Source: an uncultured delta proteobacterium
GTDB taxonomy: Bacteria > Desulfobacterota > Binatia > HRBIN30 > BPIQ01
DNA: 64,000 bases
Assembly (NCBI GenBank): GCA_963761335.1
Contig: CAVXGR010000004.1
Span: 1 to 64,000, forward strand
Reading direction: 5' to 3'
The position numbers and the translations under genes were made by a program. The notes under the pieces are model-generated. The model saw only the letters and a list, made by a program, of their open reading frames with translations, made no database searches and had not been told where the DNA came from. Below, in pieces: positions 16,028-25,547 of this stretch (positions are counted from its first letter, which is position 1; each line of letters opens with the position of its first letter).

Positions 16028-17830
16028 ATGAGAAGATCTGTCCACCTCTTCCTGATTGTCCTGCTGCTCCTCCTCGCCGCTTGCGGCGGCAAGCGGCGGC
16101 CGGAGCCCCTCTACTACTCTGCCGAAAATGCCCTGCGTCGAGGTGAGCTGCGCGATGCGGCCGGCGCCTACCGCCTGTTCATCGACGACCCCGGACCCAA
16201 CGGGGCGCGCTACGTGCCCCGTGCCTATTACATGTTGGCGACCGCCGAGTATCGCCTGGGCGAGTACAAGGATGCTCTCGCCACTCTCGACGAGCTGGAG
16301 CAGAAATATCCGAAGAGCAACTGGCTGCAGGTGTGGGCCCTGCGCGGTGACATCAGCCTCGGACTGAACGAGCGAGTCAACGCGCTGCAGGAGTGGGACG
16401 AGGCCTGGCGCATCGCCGATCCCGTCGACCGGCAGAGGCTGCAGAAGCGCATCTCGCAGGCGCTCGACGACATGACGGTGCAGGAGCTGACGAAGGCCGA
16501 CAATCTGGTCACTGATCCGACCGTGCACGACATGATTCAGACGCGCCTGGTGGCGGCGGGCGGCGGCATCATTCCCGAGCCGCCGCCGCAGCAGGTGCAA
16601 GCCGTGCCTCGGCGGCCGGAGATCGACGATTTCATCGAGCCCCTCCCCCCGCCGGACGAGGGAGCAGTGGGCCGGCCGCGTGCGCCGGCTGCGGCGCCGG
16701 CGGCGCACGCCGCGGAAGCTCCGCGACCGCAGCTGCGCGCCGATCTGCCGCCGGAGAACACCTTGGACGAGGCGGCGCTCGCCGACATTCCAGAGCGGGA
16801 TAGGGCGGCTGCGGCAGCGCGCCCGAGCACCAGCAAGGTGGCGGTACTGGTACCGCTGACGGGCCCTCAGGCGGCCACCGGCCAGGGGATTCTCACTGCG
16901 ATCCACCTCGCCTTCGGCAACCAGTCGAGCCGCATCGTGGAGCGCGACGTGGGCAGCTCCGCGGCCGGGGTGACGGAGGCCTGGAACAGTGTGCGCCAGG
17001 ACCCCGACGTGCTCGCCGCTATCGCCTGGGTCGGCGGCGACTCCGGCAACGACGTTGCGGCGCTGGCGGAGACCAGCGGCATTCCACTGATCCTGCTGTC
17101 ACCCTATGACGGCGCTGCCGGCGCCTACGTACGTCCGTGGGGAACGGGGCGCGAGGCGGAGATCTCCCGCTTGCTCGACTACTCCGTCCACAAGGTGGGC
17201 CTGCGGCGCTTCGCCGTTCTCTATCCTGAGACGGTCGAGGGACGAAGCTATCTCGGTCTGTTCTCGCGGGAGGCGGCGCAGCTGGGCGCCGCGGTCGTGG
17301 CCAGCCGCGGCTACGCCGCGGGCCAGCTCAACGGCCAGCAGGAGCTGGCGGCAGTGGCCGGTTGGCGAGGGAGACCAACGAACATCGAAGCGCTCTTCAT
17401 CGCCGATGACTCGGCGGCGGCACAGGCGCTGGCCAGTACCATCAACTCCAGGTTCAGCGACCTGATCCTGCTCGGCACGGAGGGCTGGGCGCGGCTCGGC
17501 AACACGGCGCAGGCACACGCCATCCGCGCCTTTCTGGCTGCCCCGATGGGGACGCCCAGCGGCCAGGCGGACGCCTTCCCGGCGCAGTTCCAGACGGCCA
17601 CCGGCCGCACGCCGAGTGCCATCGATGCCGAGGCCTACAGCGCCGGGGACCTCCTGCAGGAAGCATTGGCGGACAACGAGGCCACCCGCGTCCAGGTGCG
17701 CGCCCGGGTGAAGACGGCGCGCGCCGCGACCGGTGGCGAGCCGGTGATCCTGCGCCTCTACGACGGGCGGCTGGAGAACGTGTCGACCAGCAAGGCGGCG
17801 CCGACGACGCCGGCCGAGTCGCCGAGCTGA
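16028..17830 (+). CDS. lipoprotein with TPR and periplasmic-binding-like domains (LpoA/LppC-like PBP activator)
   Basis: Lipobox LAAC; TPR-like helices; KVAVLVPLTG, FAVLYPE…G, ALFIADD, LLGTEGW. Confidence 0.75.
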   Translation: MRRSVHLFLIVLLLLLAACGGKRRPEPLYYSAENALRRGELRDAAGAYRLFIDDPGPNGARYVPRAYYMLATAEYRLGEYKDALATLDELEQKYPKSNWLQVWALRGDISLGLNERVNALQEWDEAWRIADPVDRQRLQKRISQALDDMTVQELTKADNLVTDPTVHDMIQTRLVAAGGGIIPEPPPQQVQAVPRRPEIDDFIEPLPPPDEGAVGRPRAPAAAPAAHAAEAPRPQLRADLPPENTLDEAALADIPERDRAAAAARPSTSKVAVLVPLTGPQAATGQGILTAIHLAFGNQSSRIVERDVGSSAAGVTEAWNSVRQDPDVLAAIAWVGGDSGNDVAALAETSGIPLILLSPYDGAAGAYVRPWGTGREAEISRLLDYSVHKVGLRRFAVLYPETVEGRSYLGLFSREAAQLGAAVVASRGYAAGQLNGQQELAAVAGWRGRPTNIEALFIADDSAAAQALASTINSRFSDLILLGTEGWARLGNTAQAHAIRAFLAAPMGTPSGQADAFPAQFQTATGRTPSAIDAEAYSAGDLLQEALADNEATRVQVRARVKTARAATGGEPVILRLYDGRLENVSTSKAAPTTPAESPS

Positions 17831-18666
17831 TTGCGGGCGATCGGCGTGCGCAGCTCGTCGTTGAAAACGTAGCGCCGCACGGCGTCGCGGCCCTGATCGT
17901 AGAGCAGGTCGAGGTTCGACAGACCGCCGCCGAGCACGATCACGTCGGGGTCCAGGATGTTGACCAGATTGGCGACGGCGAAGCCGAAGCGATCGATGAA
18001 GCGCTCCAAGACCTCGACCGCGGCGCGCTCTCCCCGGCGGGCGCGCGCGGCGATCTCCGCCATCGGTGCGGCGGCGCCGGCGCTCTCGGCGTACTGCCGC
18101 TCGACCGCCGGCCCCGAGATCAGCGTCTCGACGCAGCCGCGCTGGCCGCAGTAGCACCGCGGTCCGTCGGCGGCGATGCGGTGGTGGCCCCACTCGCCGG
18201 CGAGGCTCTGCGGGCCGCGCCAGAGCTTGCCGTCCCAGATGATGCCGCCGCCGACGCCGGTGCCGATGATGATGCCGAAGACCAGTCGGCCGCCGCGCCC
18301 GGCGCCGGCCAGCGCCTCGGCCAGGGCGAAGCAGTTGGCGTCGTTCTCGAGATGCACCTGCATTCCCAGGCGGCGCTCCAGGTCGCGCTGTAGCTGCCGG
18401 CCGTTGAGGCAGATGGTGTTGCTGTTCTTCATCGCCTGATCGCGGCTGGAGATCGAGCCGGGGGTGCCGATGCCGACCGCGGTGGCTCCGGGGGCATGGG
18501 GGCGCAGATCGGCGAGCAGCAGGGCGACGCGCTCGAGGATGTGCTCGTAGCCGCCGGCGCTCTCGGTCGGGATGCGCCGGCGCACCACCGGCACCTGCGC
18601 GGCGTCGAGGACGACCCCCTCGATCTTGGTTCCTCCCAGATCGATGCCGATGCGGTTCGTGTCCAT
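17758..18666 (-). CDS. ROK family sugar kinase
   Basis: IGIDLGGTKIE, ENDANCFALAE, GTGVGGG, GEWGH…CYCGQRGCVE zinc motif. Confidence 0.92.
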   Translation of the reverse strand: MDTNRIGIDLGGTKIEGVVLDAAQVPVVRRRIPTESAGGYEHILERVALLLADLRPHAPGATAVGIGTPGSISSRDQAMKNSNTICLNGRQLQRDLERRLGMQVHLENDANCFALAEALAGAGRGGRLVFGIIIGTGVGGGIIWDGKLWRGPQSLAGEWGHHRIAADGPRCYCGQRGCVETLISGPAVERQYAESAGAAAPMAEIAARARRGERAAVEVLERFIDRFGFAVANLVNILDPDVIVLGGGLSNLDLLYDQGRDAVRRYVFNDELRTPIARNQLGDSAGVVGAALLVDTFSSRPS

Positions 18667-18809
18667 TTGCGGTGCGGCGGTGGCCGCTGCTGCAAACGCC
18701 TCTTGACGCTTTCCGGGCCAGAGGGCAAACAAGCCTGTTGGTTGGGAGCTTCAGGGAATGCGCGCGCCCGCGGCATCGCCACATGCGCGCCGGAAAAAAG
18801 GGGGAGTTC

Positions 18810-21713
18810 ATGCGTCCATCATTGCTGTCAGGTGCCATCGCCTTGGCCGTCGCCGCCGTTGTTCTGCAGGGCTGCGATGCGAAGAACCCGTATCCAATGC
18901 AGACGCCGACGGCGGCGCCGATCTCCACCTCCACCGCGATCGCAACGGCGACCGCCGGCACGCCCACCGCAGAGGCGACGCCGACGACCACGGGCGGGCC
19001 GATCGACCGTCTGCCGGTCGACCAGACCATCAGCATTCCCGGGCTGGGAGGCAAGGTGGATGTGGTCACCGACGAGAACGGCGTGCAGCACATCGTCGGG
19101 CCCGACCTGAACACGGTCCTCTACATCCAGGGATACGTCACCGCCTCGCTGCGCTTCTGGGAGATGGACGCCTTCCGCCGTCTCGCGGAAGGTCGCCTGA
19201 GCGAGGCCTTCGGGTCTCTTCTCCTGTCGACCGACGTGGAGATGCGCACTCTCTTCACCACCCGCGACGGGCGCCGTCTCGAGGAGGCGCTCTGGCAGCG
19301 CTTGCAAGCGGATGATCCGTCGGGCGCCGCGTCGCTCCAGTCCTATACCTCCGGAGTGAACGCCTGGCTGGAGGATCTGCGCGCCGGTCGCAACGGCGCC
19401 ACCCTGCCGCCGGAGTACACCTTCGCGCTCATCAACCTCAGCGCCGCGGATCTGGCCGATTGGCGGCCGCAGGACACCATTGCCATCGGTCGCTATCAGG
19501 CATGGTCCCTGTCCTCGACGCTCGACGAGGAGATCTCCAGGCAGGAGCGCGTCGACGGATTGCCCGACGCCCTGCGCGAGGACATCTTCCGCTTCGCTCC
19601 GGCCACCCAGGCGACCGTGCTGCCGCCGCTCCAGCAGATGGCGAAGGCGCCGCTCCTGAAGCCGAAGTCGCTGCCTTCGAAGCAGGTTCTCGAGCAGGTG
19701 CATCAGATGCTGGCGCGGCTCGCGGAGACCAACCCGCTCGGCGATCGGCGGCGTGGGCTGGGGAGCAACGACTGGATCGTCTCACCGCAGCTCTCGGCGA
19801 CCGGGCATGCCATGCTCGCCAACGATCCGCATCTGGCGCTTCTCAACCCGCCCATATGGCATATGGTGCAGCTGATCCGCACCGAGGCGCCGCAGGGCGA
19901 GGTGCGCATGGTGAACGGTGTCAACTTCCCCGGCATTCCCGGCATCATCCTGGGGAACAACGACTTCGGCGCCTGGGGCGCGACGGTGTCGGTCTTCGAC
20001 GTCACCGACGTGTACGTGGAGCAGGTGACGACGCCGGCGGACTATCCGGCCTCGCCGCGCACGGTGCTGTTCAAAGGGCAGCAGGTGCCGGTGCTGCGCG
20101 ATGAGGAGGTGTTCAACATCAAGGGCGCGGCGCCGGTGACCAAGGTGATCGAGGTGGTCCCGCACCACGGTCCGATGGTTCCCGACCCCAATATCAACGA
20201 CGACGTCGAGGGCCTGGCGGCGACCGGAATGAGCTTCCGCTGGACCGGCCACGAGATCACCCTCGACTCGCGCTTCATTCTGGACCTGAACCTGGCGCGC
20301 AACGCCGACGAGTTCCGCGCCGCGCTGAGCAACTTCGCCGTCGGCGGGCAGAACTGGATATGGGCGGACGTGCACGGCGATATCGACTACTTCCCCTACG
20401 TTCTGGTGCCGCAGCGCCCCGCCGGCACGGTGCCCTATCTGCCGGTGCCCGGCACCGGCGAGGCGGAGTGGTTGACCGATTCCCAGGGCCACACGGCGTG
20501 GTTGCCGGCGGACCAGATCCCTCAGGCGCACAACCCGGCCGCCGGCTTCCTGTCGACGGCCAACAACGACCAGCTCGGGCTCACGCTCGACAACGATCCG
20601 TTGAACGGGCCGCTCTACCTGGGGTCCGTGTACGACATCGGCTTCCGCGAGCAGCGCATCCAGGAGATGCTGTCGAACGCCGCGGGCCTGCGTCCGGAAG
20701 GGGCGCCGATCAGCATGCAGGACATGTCCCGCTACCAGTACGACACCCAGGTGAAGGAAGCGGAGCGGCTGCTGCCGTTCCTCTTCGACGCCGCCACGGC
20801 GCACCCGGAGATGATCACCACGGCGATGCAGGAGGCGCTCGACCGGCTGCACGAGTGGGAAGTGCCGAAGCCGGGCACGGCCCCGGGGGCGGTGGCCTAT
20901 GACGCCACCTCCGGCGTCGATCCGGCCGAGGGACGCAGCGACATCACCCCTCGCGTTCCCGCGGTCTCGGACGAAGAGAAGGCGGACGCCGTGGCCACGT
21001 CGATATATGCCGGATGGTCGACGCGACTGGATCGACTGACCTTTGACGACGACTTCGCCGGGACGGGCTTCGGCGCGCCGAGCGGGGACGACGCCACCAA
21101 GGCGCTGCTGCACATCCTCGAGGACGTCGGACGCACCGAACCCGGCTTCGTGATTCACACCGCGGGCGCAGATGGGCAGAGCACGCTGTGGGACGACAAG
21201 ACCACAACGGACGTGGTGGAGACGCGCGATGACATCCTGCTCAAGTCGCTCAGCCAGGGACTCGATTTCCTCAACACACTCTTTGGGACAGACGACCAGT
21301 CGCAGTGGCTGTGGGGGAAGATTCACCGGGTCGAGTTCCAGCACTTCTTCGCGCAGGGCAGCCCCATCACCAGCTTCGATCTCGGCCCGTTCGCCGCGCC
21401 CGGGGCGCGTTTCAGCGTCGACCCGGCGGGCTACAGCATGCGCGCCAACAGCGCCGACTCATTCATCTTCTCCGGGGGCCCATCGATGCGCTTCGTCATC
21501 GACCTGGATCCCGCCGGGGTTCACGCGGTGAACGTTCTCCCCGGCGGCAACAACGGCAATCCCGGATCGGTCAACGACTACGGTACGATCAATCCCCAGA
21601 TCCATTATGGCGACCACATCGCCCAGTGGATCAACGGCGAGACCTTCCCTGTCTATCTGACCCCGGAGGAGATCGCCGGGCACAGTGAGCGCCGCGTGGT
21701 GTTTCAGCCGTGA
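18810..21713 (+). CDS. penicillin acylase family Ntn-hydrolase, lipoprotein
   Basis: Lipobox LQGC; DENGVQHI, QGYVTA..RFWEMD, GSNDW (catalytic Ser), ANDPHL. Confidence 0.9.
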   Translation: MRPSLLSGAIALAVAAVVLQGCDAKNPYPMQTPTAAPISTSTAIATATAGTPTAEATPTTTGGPIDRLPVDQTISIPGLGGKVDVVTDENGVQHIVGPDLNTVLYIQGYVTASLRFWEMDAFRRLAEGRLSEAFGSLLLSTDVEMRTLFTTRDGRRLEEALWQRLQADDPSGAASLQSYTSGVNAWLEDLRAGRNGATLPPEYTFALINLSAADLADWRPQDTIAIGRYQAWSLSSTLDEEISRQERVDGLPDALREDIFRFAPATQATVLPPLQQMAKAPLLKPKSLPSKQVLEQVHQMLARLAETNPLGDRRRGLGSNDWIVSPQLSATGHAMLANDPHLALLNPPIWHMVQLIRTEAPQGEVRMVNGVNFPGIPGIILGNNDFGAWGATVSVFDVTDVYVEQVTTPADYPASPRTVLFKGQQVPVLRDEEVFNIKGAAPVTKVIEVVPHHGPMVPDPNINDDVEGLAATGMSFRWTGHEITLDSRFILDLNLARNADEFRAALSNFAVGGQNWIWADVHGDIDYFPYVLVPQRPAGTVPYLPVPGTGEAEWLTDSQGHTAWLPADQIPQAHNPAAGFLSTANNDQLGLTLDNDPLNGPLYLGSVYDIGFREQRIQEMLSNAAGLRPEGAPISMQDMSRYQYDTQVKEAERLLPFLFDAATAHPEMITTAMQEALDRLHEWEVPKPGTAPGAVAYDATSGVDPAEGRSDITPRVPAVSDEEKADAVATSIYAGWSTRLDRLTFDDDFAGTGFGAPSGDDATKALLHILEDVGRTEPGFVIHTAGADGQSTLWDDKTTTDVVETRDDILLKSLSQGLDFLNTLFGTDDQSQWLWGKIHRVEFQHFFAQGSPITSFDLGPFAAPGARFSVDPAGYSMRANSADSFIFSGGPSMRFVIDLDPAGVHAVNVLPGGNNGNPGSVNDYGTINPQIHYGDHIAQWINGETFPVYLTPEEIAGHSERRVVFQP

Positions 21714-21731
21714 GGGGGTAAGGGCGAGGCC

Positions 21732-21788
21732 GGGAGCGCGGCCGTCTCGGCCGCAAGTGGCCAGAGGCAGCCAGGATGGCCGCGCTCC
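21732..21788. repeat. GGGAGCGCGGCC…GGCCGCGCTCC REP-like palindrome
   Basis: Same family at 32145-32205 and 56718-56788. Confidence 0.7.
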
Positions 21789-21929
21789 GTGCCGGGCTTC
21801 TCACGGGCGGGAGGCTGCGGCATCCGCTTCCTGCAGCTGGGAAGAGGAGGACGGCTTCGAGAAACGGGGCTGGCGGGCTGGGCTTCCGGCACGGCTTTGG
21901 CTGAGAAACGTCGTCCGGGAGGCACAGCC

Positions 21930-22436
21930 ATGCGCCGCGTCAAGAGAATCCTCGTTCCGCTCGACTACTCCGAATGCGCCGACGAGGCGCTCGACTACGC
22001 CGTCGGCCTCGCCGGGCAGATGGGGTCGCGCCTGCTGGTGCTGTATGTGGTGGCGCCTCACGAGCCGGCGTACTTCGCCCATGTCGGTGTCACGGTCGAG
22101 CCGCAAGACGTCGACCGCGAGGAGAAGGATCGCCTGCGCAAGCACGTCGCCAAGGTGCTCGGGCGCCGTCGCGTCGCGGTGGATTGCCAGATTGCCTGGG
22201 GCGACCCGCCGCAGTGCATTCTCTCCCGCGAAGCGGAGAGCGGATGCGATCTCGTCGTCGTCGGCAACTGTGGGCGCACCGCCTGGGACAAGCTGCTGAT
22301 GGGCAGCGTCGCCGAGAAGGTCGTGCGCTATTCCAGATGCCCGGTGCTGGTCGTGCGCACCGCGGAGACGGCGGCGGCGAGCAAGCCGAAGCGGCAGCGC
22401 GCCGCAGCCAAGCCAGTGCGCCGCCGGGCCGCCTGA
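21930..22436 (+). CDS. universal stress protein
   Basis: RILVPLDYS, DLVVVG, MGSVAEKVVRYSRCPVLVV; GGAGG RBS; weak sigma-54-like CGGCACG-N4-TGGC at 21887-21901. Confidence 0.92.
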   Translation: MRRVKRILVPLDYSECADEALDYAVGLAGQMGSRLLVLYVVAPHEPAYFAHVGVTVEPQDVDREEKDRLRKHVAKVLGRRRVAVDCQIAWGDPPQCILSREAESGCDLVVVGNCGRTAWDKLLMGSVAEKVVRYSRCPVLVVRTAETAAASKPKRQRAAAKPVRRRAA

Positions 22437-22446
22437 GGCGCAAGCA

Positions 22447-22760
22447 GAGTAGAAGCGCCGTCGCGGCGCTTTCCGAAGCGGCGAGACGCCGCTTCTACCT
22501 GGCGGGCGGAAGGGGCTCGAGTAGAAGCGCCGTCGCGGCGCTTTCTGAAGCGGCGAGACGCCGCTTCTACCTGGCGGGCGGAAGGGGCTCGAGTAGAAGC
22601 GCCGTCGCGGCGCTTTCTGAAGCGGCGAGACGCCGCTTCTACCTGGCGGGTGGAAGGGGCTCGAGTAGAAGCGCCGTCGCGGCGCTTTCCGAAGCGGCGA
22701 GACGCCGCTTCTACCTGGCGGCGGGACACCAGCCCGAGTAGAACCGCCGTCGCGCTGCTT
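22447..22760. repeat. tandem array of 72-bp GTAG-type REP doublets (4 full + 1 partial)
   Basis: Units start at 22447, 22519, 22591, 22663 and 22736; core GTAGAAGCGCCGTCGCGGCGCTTT…AAGCGGCGAGACGCCGCTTCTAC. Confidence 0.92.
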
Positions 22761-24115
22761 CACGGGCGCACGAGCTGGGCGCCGCCGCGGGCGGTGAGCC
22801 CGAAGCGATGACGGTCCGCAGACTCGCCTGTCGCCAGGCGAGGCGCGTAGAAGCGCCGGTCGATCTGCTCGAGAAAGTCGCCGATCGCCTGCCGGTGCAG
22901 GAGATTCACCGTGCAGCCGCCGAAGCCGGCGCCGGTCAGGCGGGCGCCGAGGGCGCCGCTCGCCATCGCCGCGGACACCAGCTCGTCAAGCGCGGGGCAG
23001 CTGACCTCGTAGTCGCGCCGGCAGCTCTCGTGGGAGGCCAGCATGAGGGCGCCGAACGCGGCCAGGTCGCCGGACTCGAGGAGCGGCTCGGCGGCGTTGA
23101 CGCGATCGGCCTCGGTGAGCACATGCCGGGTGCGGCGCACGAGAGTGAAGCGGCGCTCCGTATCGGCGACCTCGCCTTCGCGGCACAGGTCCGCCGGATC
23201 TGTCCCGAGGTACGCGGCGATCTCTGCCAGAGACAGCGGCCGATCCGGGAGCCGCTCGGCGAGCGCCTCGGCAAATTCGAGCAGCGGTTGACCGGGAAAA
23301 TGGCGACTGAGATCCCCGAGAGTTCCGAGCGGGCCGGGAAGCCGGTCGCCGAGGACGCGCTCGAGAGCCGCGCAGGCGAGGCGACATTCGAGCACGCGCT
23401 GGTTGTAGGCGGCGCGGGCGCCGGCGGACTTCTCGGCGCGGACGAGGCTGTGGCAGACGACCACGGCCATGTCGGCCGGCAGCCGCACCGGGCGCGCGCG
23501 CAGGGGAAAGAAGTCGATACGCAGGGCGTGCTGCGGCCGGGCGAGCAGGCTCACCGCCTGATCCATGCCGCCGCTGAGGGTGCCGACGTAGCGCTCGGCG
23601 CGCGGCAGCAGCTCGGCGAGCTCGACGGCGGGAAGCGAGGCCTCATTGGCGGCCAGCAGCGCCAGGGCGCTGGCGACGACCAGGGCGGAAGAGGATGACA
23701 GGCCGGCGCCTGCGGGGATGTCGCCGCCGGTCAGGAACTCGCCGCCGCGCCAGGAGACGCCGCCGAGGTGGCGCACCAGGCCCTGCGCGGCCGCCTTGTG
23801 GTAGTTGCCCCAATCGCCGGCGGCAAACGGAGGGATGTCGGCGCCGATCTGGTAGCGGCGCGAGGGGAAGCTGCCGTCGAGATTGTGCAGGAGCACGACG
23901 CGATCGAGGCGCGGGACGACCGCGACGCGCACCGTGCGGTCGATCGCCATGGGCAGTACGGGCAGGCCGTTGTAATCGGTGTGCTCGCCGATCAGGTTGA
24001 CCCGGCCGGGCGCCACCGCAACGGCCGCTGGCGCGTGGCCGTACTGCGCCGCAAAGGCGTTCGCCAGGGCCCCTGCGGCGTCGCGCTCGTCGACGGGCAG
24101 CGTCTCGAAGCTCAT
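22760..24115 (-). CDS. galK: galactokinase / N-acetylgalactosamine kinase (GHMP family)
   Basis: APGRVNLIGEHTDY, GAGLSSSSA, SGGMDQ, GARLTGAGFGGC. Confidence 0.9.
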   Translation of the reverse strand: MSFETLPVDERDAAGALANAFAAQYGHAPAAVAVAPGRVNLIGEHTDYNGLPVLPMAIDRTVRVAVVPRLDRVVLLHNLDGSFPSRRYQIGADIPPFAAGDWGNYHKAAAQGLVRHLGGVSWRGGEFLTGGDIPAGAGLSSSSALVVASALALLAANEASLPAVELAELLPRAERYVGTLSGGMDQAVSLLARPQHALRIDFFPLRARPVRLPADMAVVVCHSLVRAEKSAGARAAYNQRVLECRLACAALERVLGDRLPGPLGTLGDLSRHFPGQPLLEFAEALAERLPDRPLSLAEIAAYLGTDPADLCREGEVADTERRFTLVRRTRHVLTEADRVNAAEPLLESGDLAAFGALMLASHESCRRDYEVSCPALDELVSAAMASGALGARLTGAGFGGCTVNLLHRQAIGDFLEQIDRRFYAPRLATGESADRHRFGLTARGGAQLVRP

Positions 24116-24843
24116 CGCGGCGCTCCGCGGCCCAACGCCGCCTCTGCGTCGCGCAGATCCTCGGGCGTGCCCACGTCACTCCAGAACCCGTACACCGGCT
24201 GGGCGCGGATCTCCCGGCCGTCGTCGAGCATGGAGGCGATCGCCGCAGGGAGCTCGTACTCGCCACGAGATGAGGGCTCGAGGCGCGCCGCGTAGTCCAG
24301 GATGGCGGGATCGAAGATGAAGATGCCGGAGTTGTTCCAGCGGGTCGACGAGCTGCCCGGCGCCGGCTTCTCGACGACCCGCGTCACCCGCCCGTTGCCG
24401 TCGACATAGACGGCGGCGCCGCGCCAGGGATCATCGACCTCGTTGACCGCCAGCAGGGCGGCGCAGGGGTGGCGGCGGAAGGACTCCAGCATCTCGAGGT
24501 AGGTGCGGGGCCCCACCAGGATGTCGCCCCAGCTCAGCAAGAAGGGCGCCTCCGCGAGTACCCGGCGGGCGCTCAGCAGGGCGCGGGCCGTGCCTTCGGG
24601 GCGCGGCTGGCGCCGGTACTCGACGAGGAGTCCGTATGCGGATCCGCCGCCGACGTGCCTCTCGATCTGCTCGCCGAGATAGCCGACGACGACGATGGCG
24701 CTGCCGATGCCGGCGGCCGACAAGCCGGCGAGGATGTGACCGATGATCGGACGGTCGCCGACGGGCAGCAGGGGCTTTGGTGTCGAGCTGGTCAGCGCCC
24801 CCATGCGCGTCCCCCGACCGGCGGCGAGAATGACGGCCTTCAC
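24112..24843 (-). CDS. sugar-1-phosphate nucleotidyltransferase
   Basis: KAVILAAGRGTRM…PKPLL, GTARAL, WGD, VEKP, SSRGEYEL, WSDVGT. Confidence 0.9.
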   Translation of the reverse strand: MKAVILAAGRGTRMGALTSSTPKPLLPVGDRPIIGHILAGLSAAGIGSAIVVVGYLGEQIERHVGGGSAYGLLVEYRRQPRPEGTARALLSARRVLAEAPFLLSWGDILVGPRTYLEMLESFRRHPCAALLAVNEVDDPWRGAAVYVDGNGRVTRVVEKPAPGSSSTRWNNSGIFIFDPAILDYAARLEPSSRGEYELPAAIASMLDDGREIRAQPVYGFWSDVGTPEDLRDAEAALGRGAPR

Positions 24844-24891
24844 CGGCGAGAGGATAATCGCGGGCGAGCGGGGAGGGAAGGGGTGTTGAAC

Positions 24892-24937
24892 AAGCGCCGT
24901 CTCGGCGCTTGGGGAAGCGGCGAGACGCTGCTTCTAC
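24892..24937. repeat. single GTAG-type REP doublet
   Basis: AAGCGCCGTCTCGGCGCTT…AAGCGGCGAGACGCTGCTTCTAC; further copies at 35435-35483 and 58828-58875. Confidence 0.75.
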
Positions 24938-24951
24938 GCGGTGAGTGGTGC

Positions 24952-25110
24952 CTAGATGTGCTTCGAGGAGGAGAAGATTCCGGTGAGCTCCACCTGGCCG
25001 GAGCTCACCAGGTAGGTGGCGACGGCGACCAGCTCATCTTCGGAGCTGGTGCACTTTTGCAGCGTTTGAACCAGCTCCAGAAGGGTGGTGCGGTGACGGA
25101 ACGGTTTCAT
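24952..25110 (-). CDS. small hypothetical protein (52 aa, not in ORF track)
   Basis: MKPFRHRTTLLELVQTLQKCTSSEDELVAVATYLVSSGQVELTGIFSSSKHI; GC3-rich codons and amphipathic helical pattern. Confidence 0.65.
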   Translation of the reverse strand: MKPFRHRTTLLELVQTLQKCTSSEDELVAVATYLVSSGQVELTGIFSSSKHI

Positions 25111-25138
25111 TTCATCCAGATCGATCTGCCGGGTATTC

Positions 25139-25261
25139 TCAGAAGAACTCGACCACCTGACGGAACGGCATCTGCCACGAGCAGCGCACCAGGCCGATCA
25201 CACGCCCATCCCGTCTCACGGAATACGCTCTCCAGTTGGGAAGCCATATGAGCTTGATCAT
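25139..25261 (-). CDS. small hypothetical protein (40 aa, not in ORF track)
   Basis: MIKLIWLPNWRAYSVRRDGRVIGLVRCSWQMPFRQVVEFF; strong AAAGGAG RBS; first ORF after a sigma-54 promoter. Confidence 0.55.
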   Translation of the reverse strand: MIKLIWLPNWRAYSVRRDGRVIGLVRCSWQMPFRQVVEFF

Positions 25262-25293
25262 CGGCTTGCGCTCCTTTCTTACCAATCGATGGG

Positions 25294-25309
25294 AGCATCT
25301 CGCGTGCCA
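25294..25309 (-). promoter_or_regulatory. sigma-54 (-24/-12) promoter
   Basis: TGGCACG-CGAG-ATGCT with exact GG-N10-GC spacing; A-tract, TGCA-rich enhancer-like motifs upstream at about 25360-25430. Confidence 0.7.
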
Positions 25310-25547
25310 CTGCGATCGAGAACTCGGCGCGTGGCCTTGCCGGGGTTCCCGAGGCGGCTATGCAGCAAATGGAGCAAAAATCTGCATGCATCTGCATTGC
25401 CGAAAAGTGTCACTCGGGCAGACAATGGCGAGGCAGTGACAGGTTCCGGCGCTCCCTCGCCCGGGAACTGAGAATCTCAGGCGGAGGCCGTAAGCGGGCC
25501 CCGCTTCTTGACAATCGCCGCGTCGGATCGCTACTGGCGAAGGAAGC

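Noticed and set aside
22447..22760. Possible CRISPR array
   Set aside because: The intervening segments are nearly identical rather than unique spacers, the unit is a REP doublet found singly elsewhere, and no cas genes are present.
25107..25397. 96-aa ORF from the track
   Set aside because: It spans the sigma-54 promoter and lacks an RBS; the two smaller ORFs in other frames fit better.
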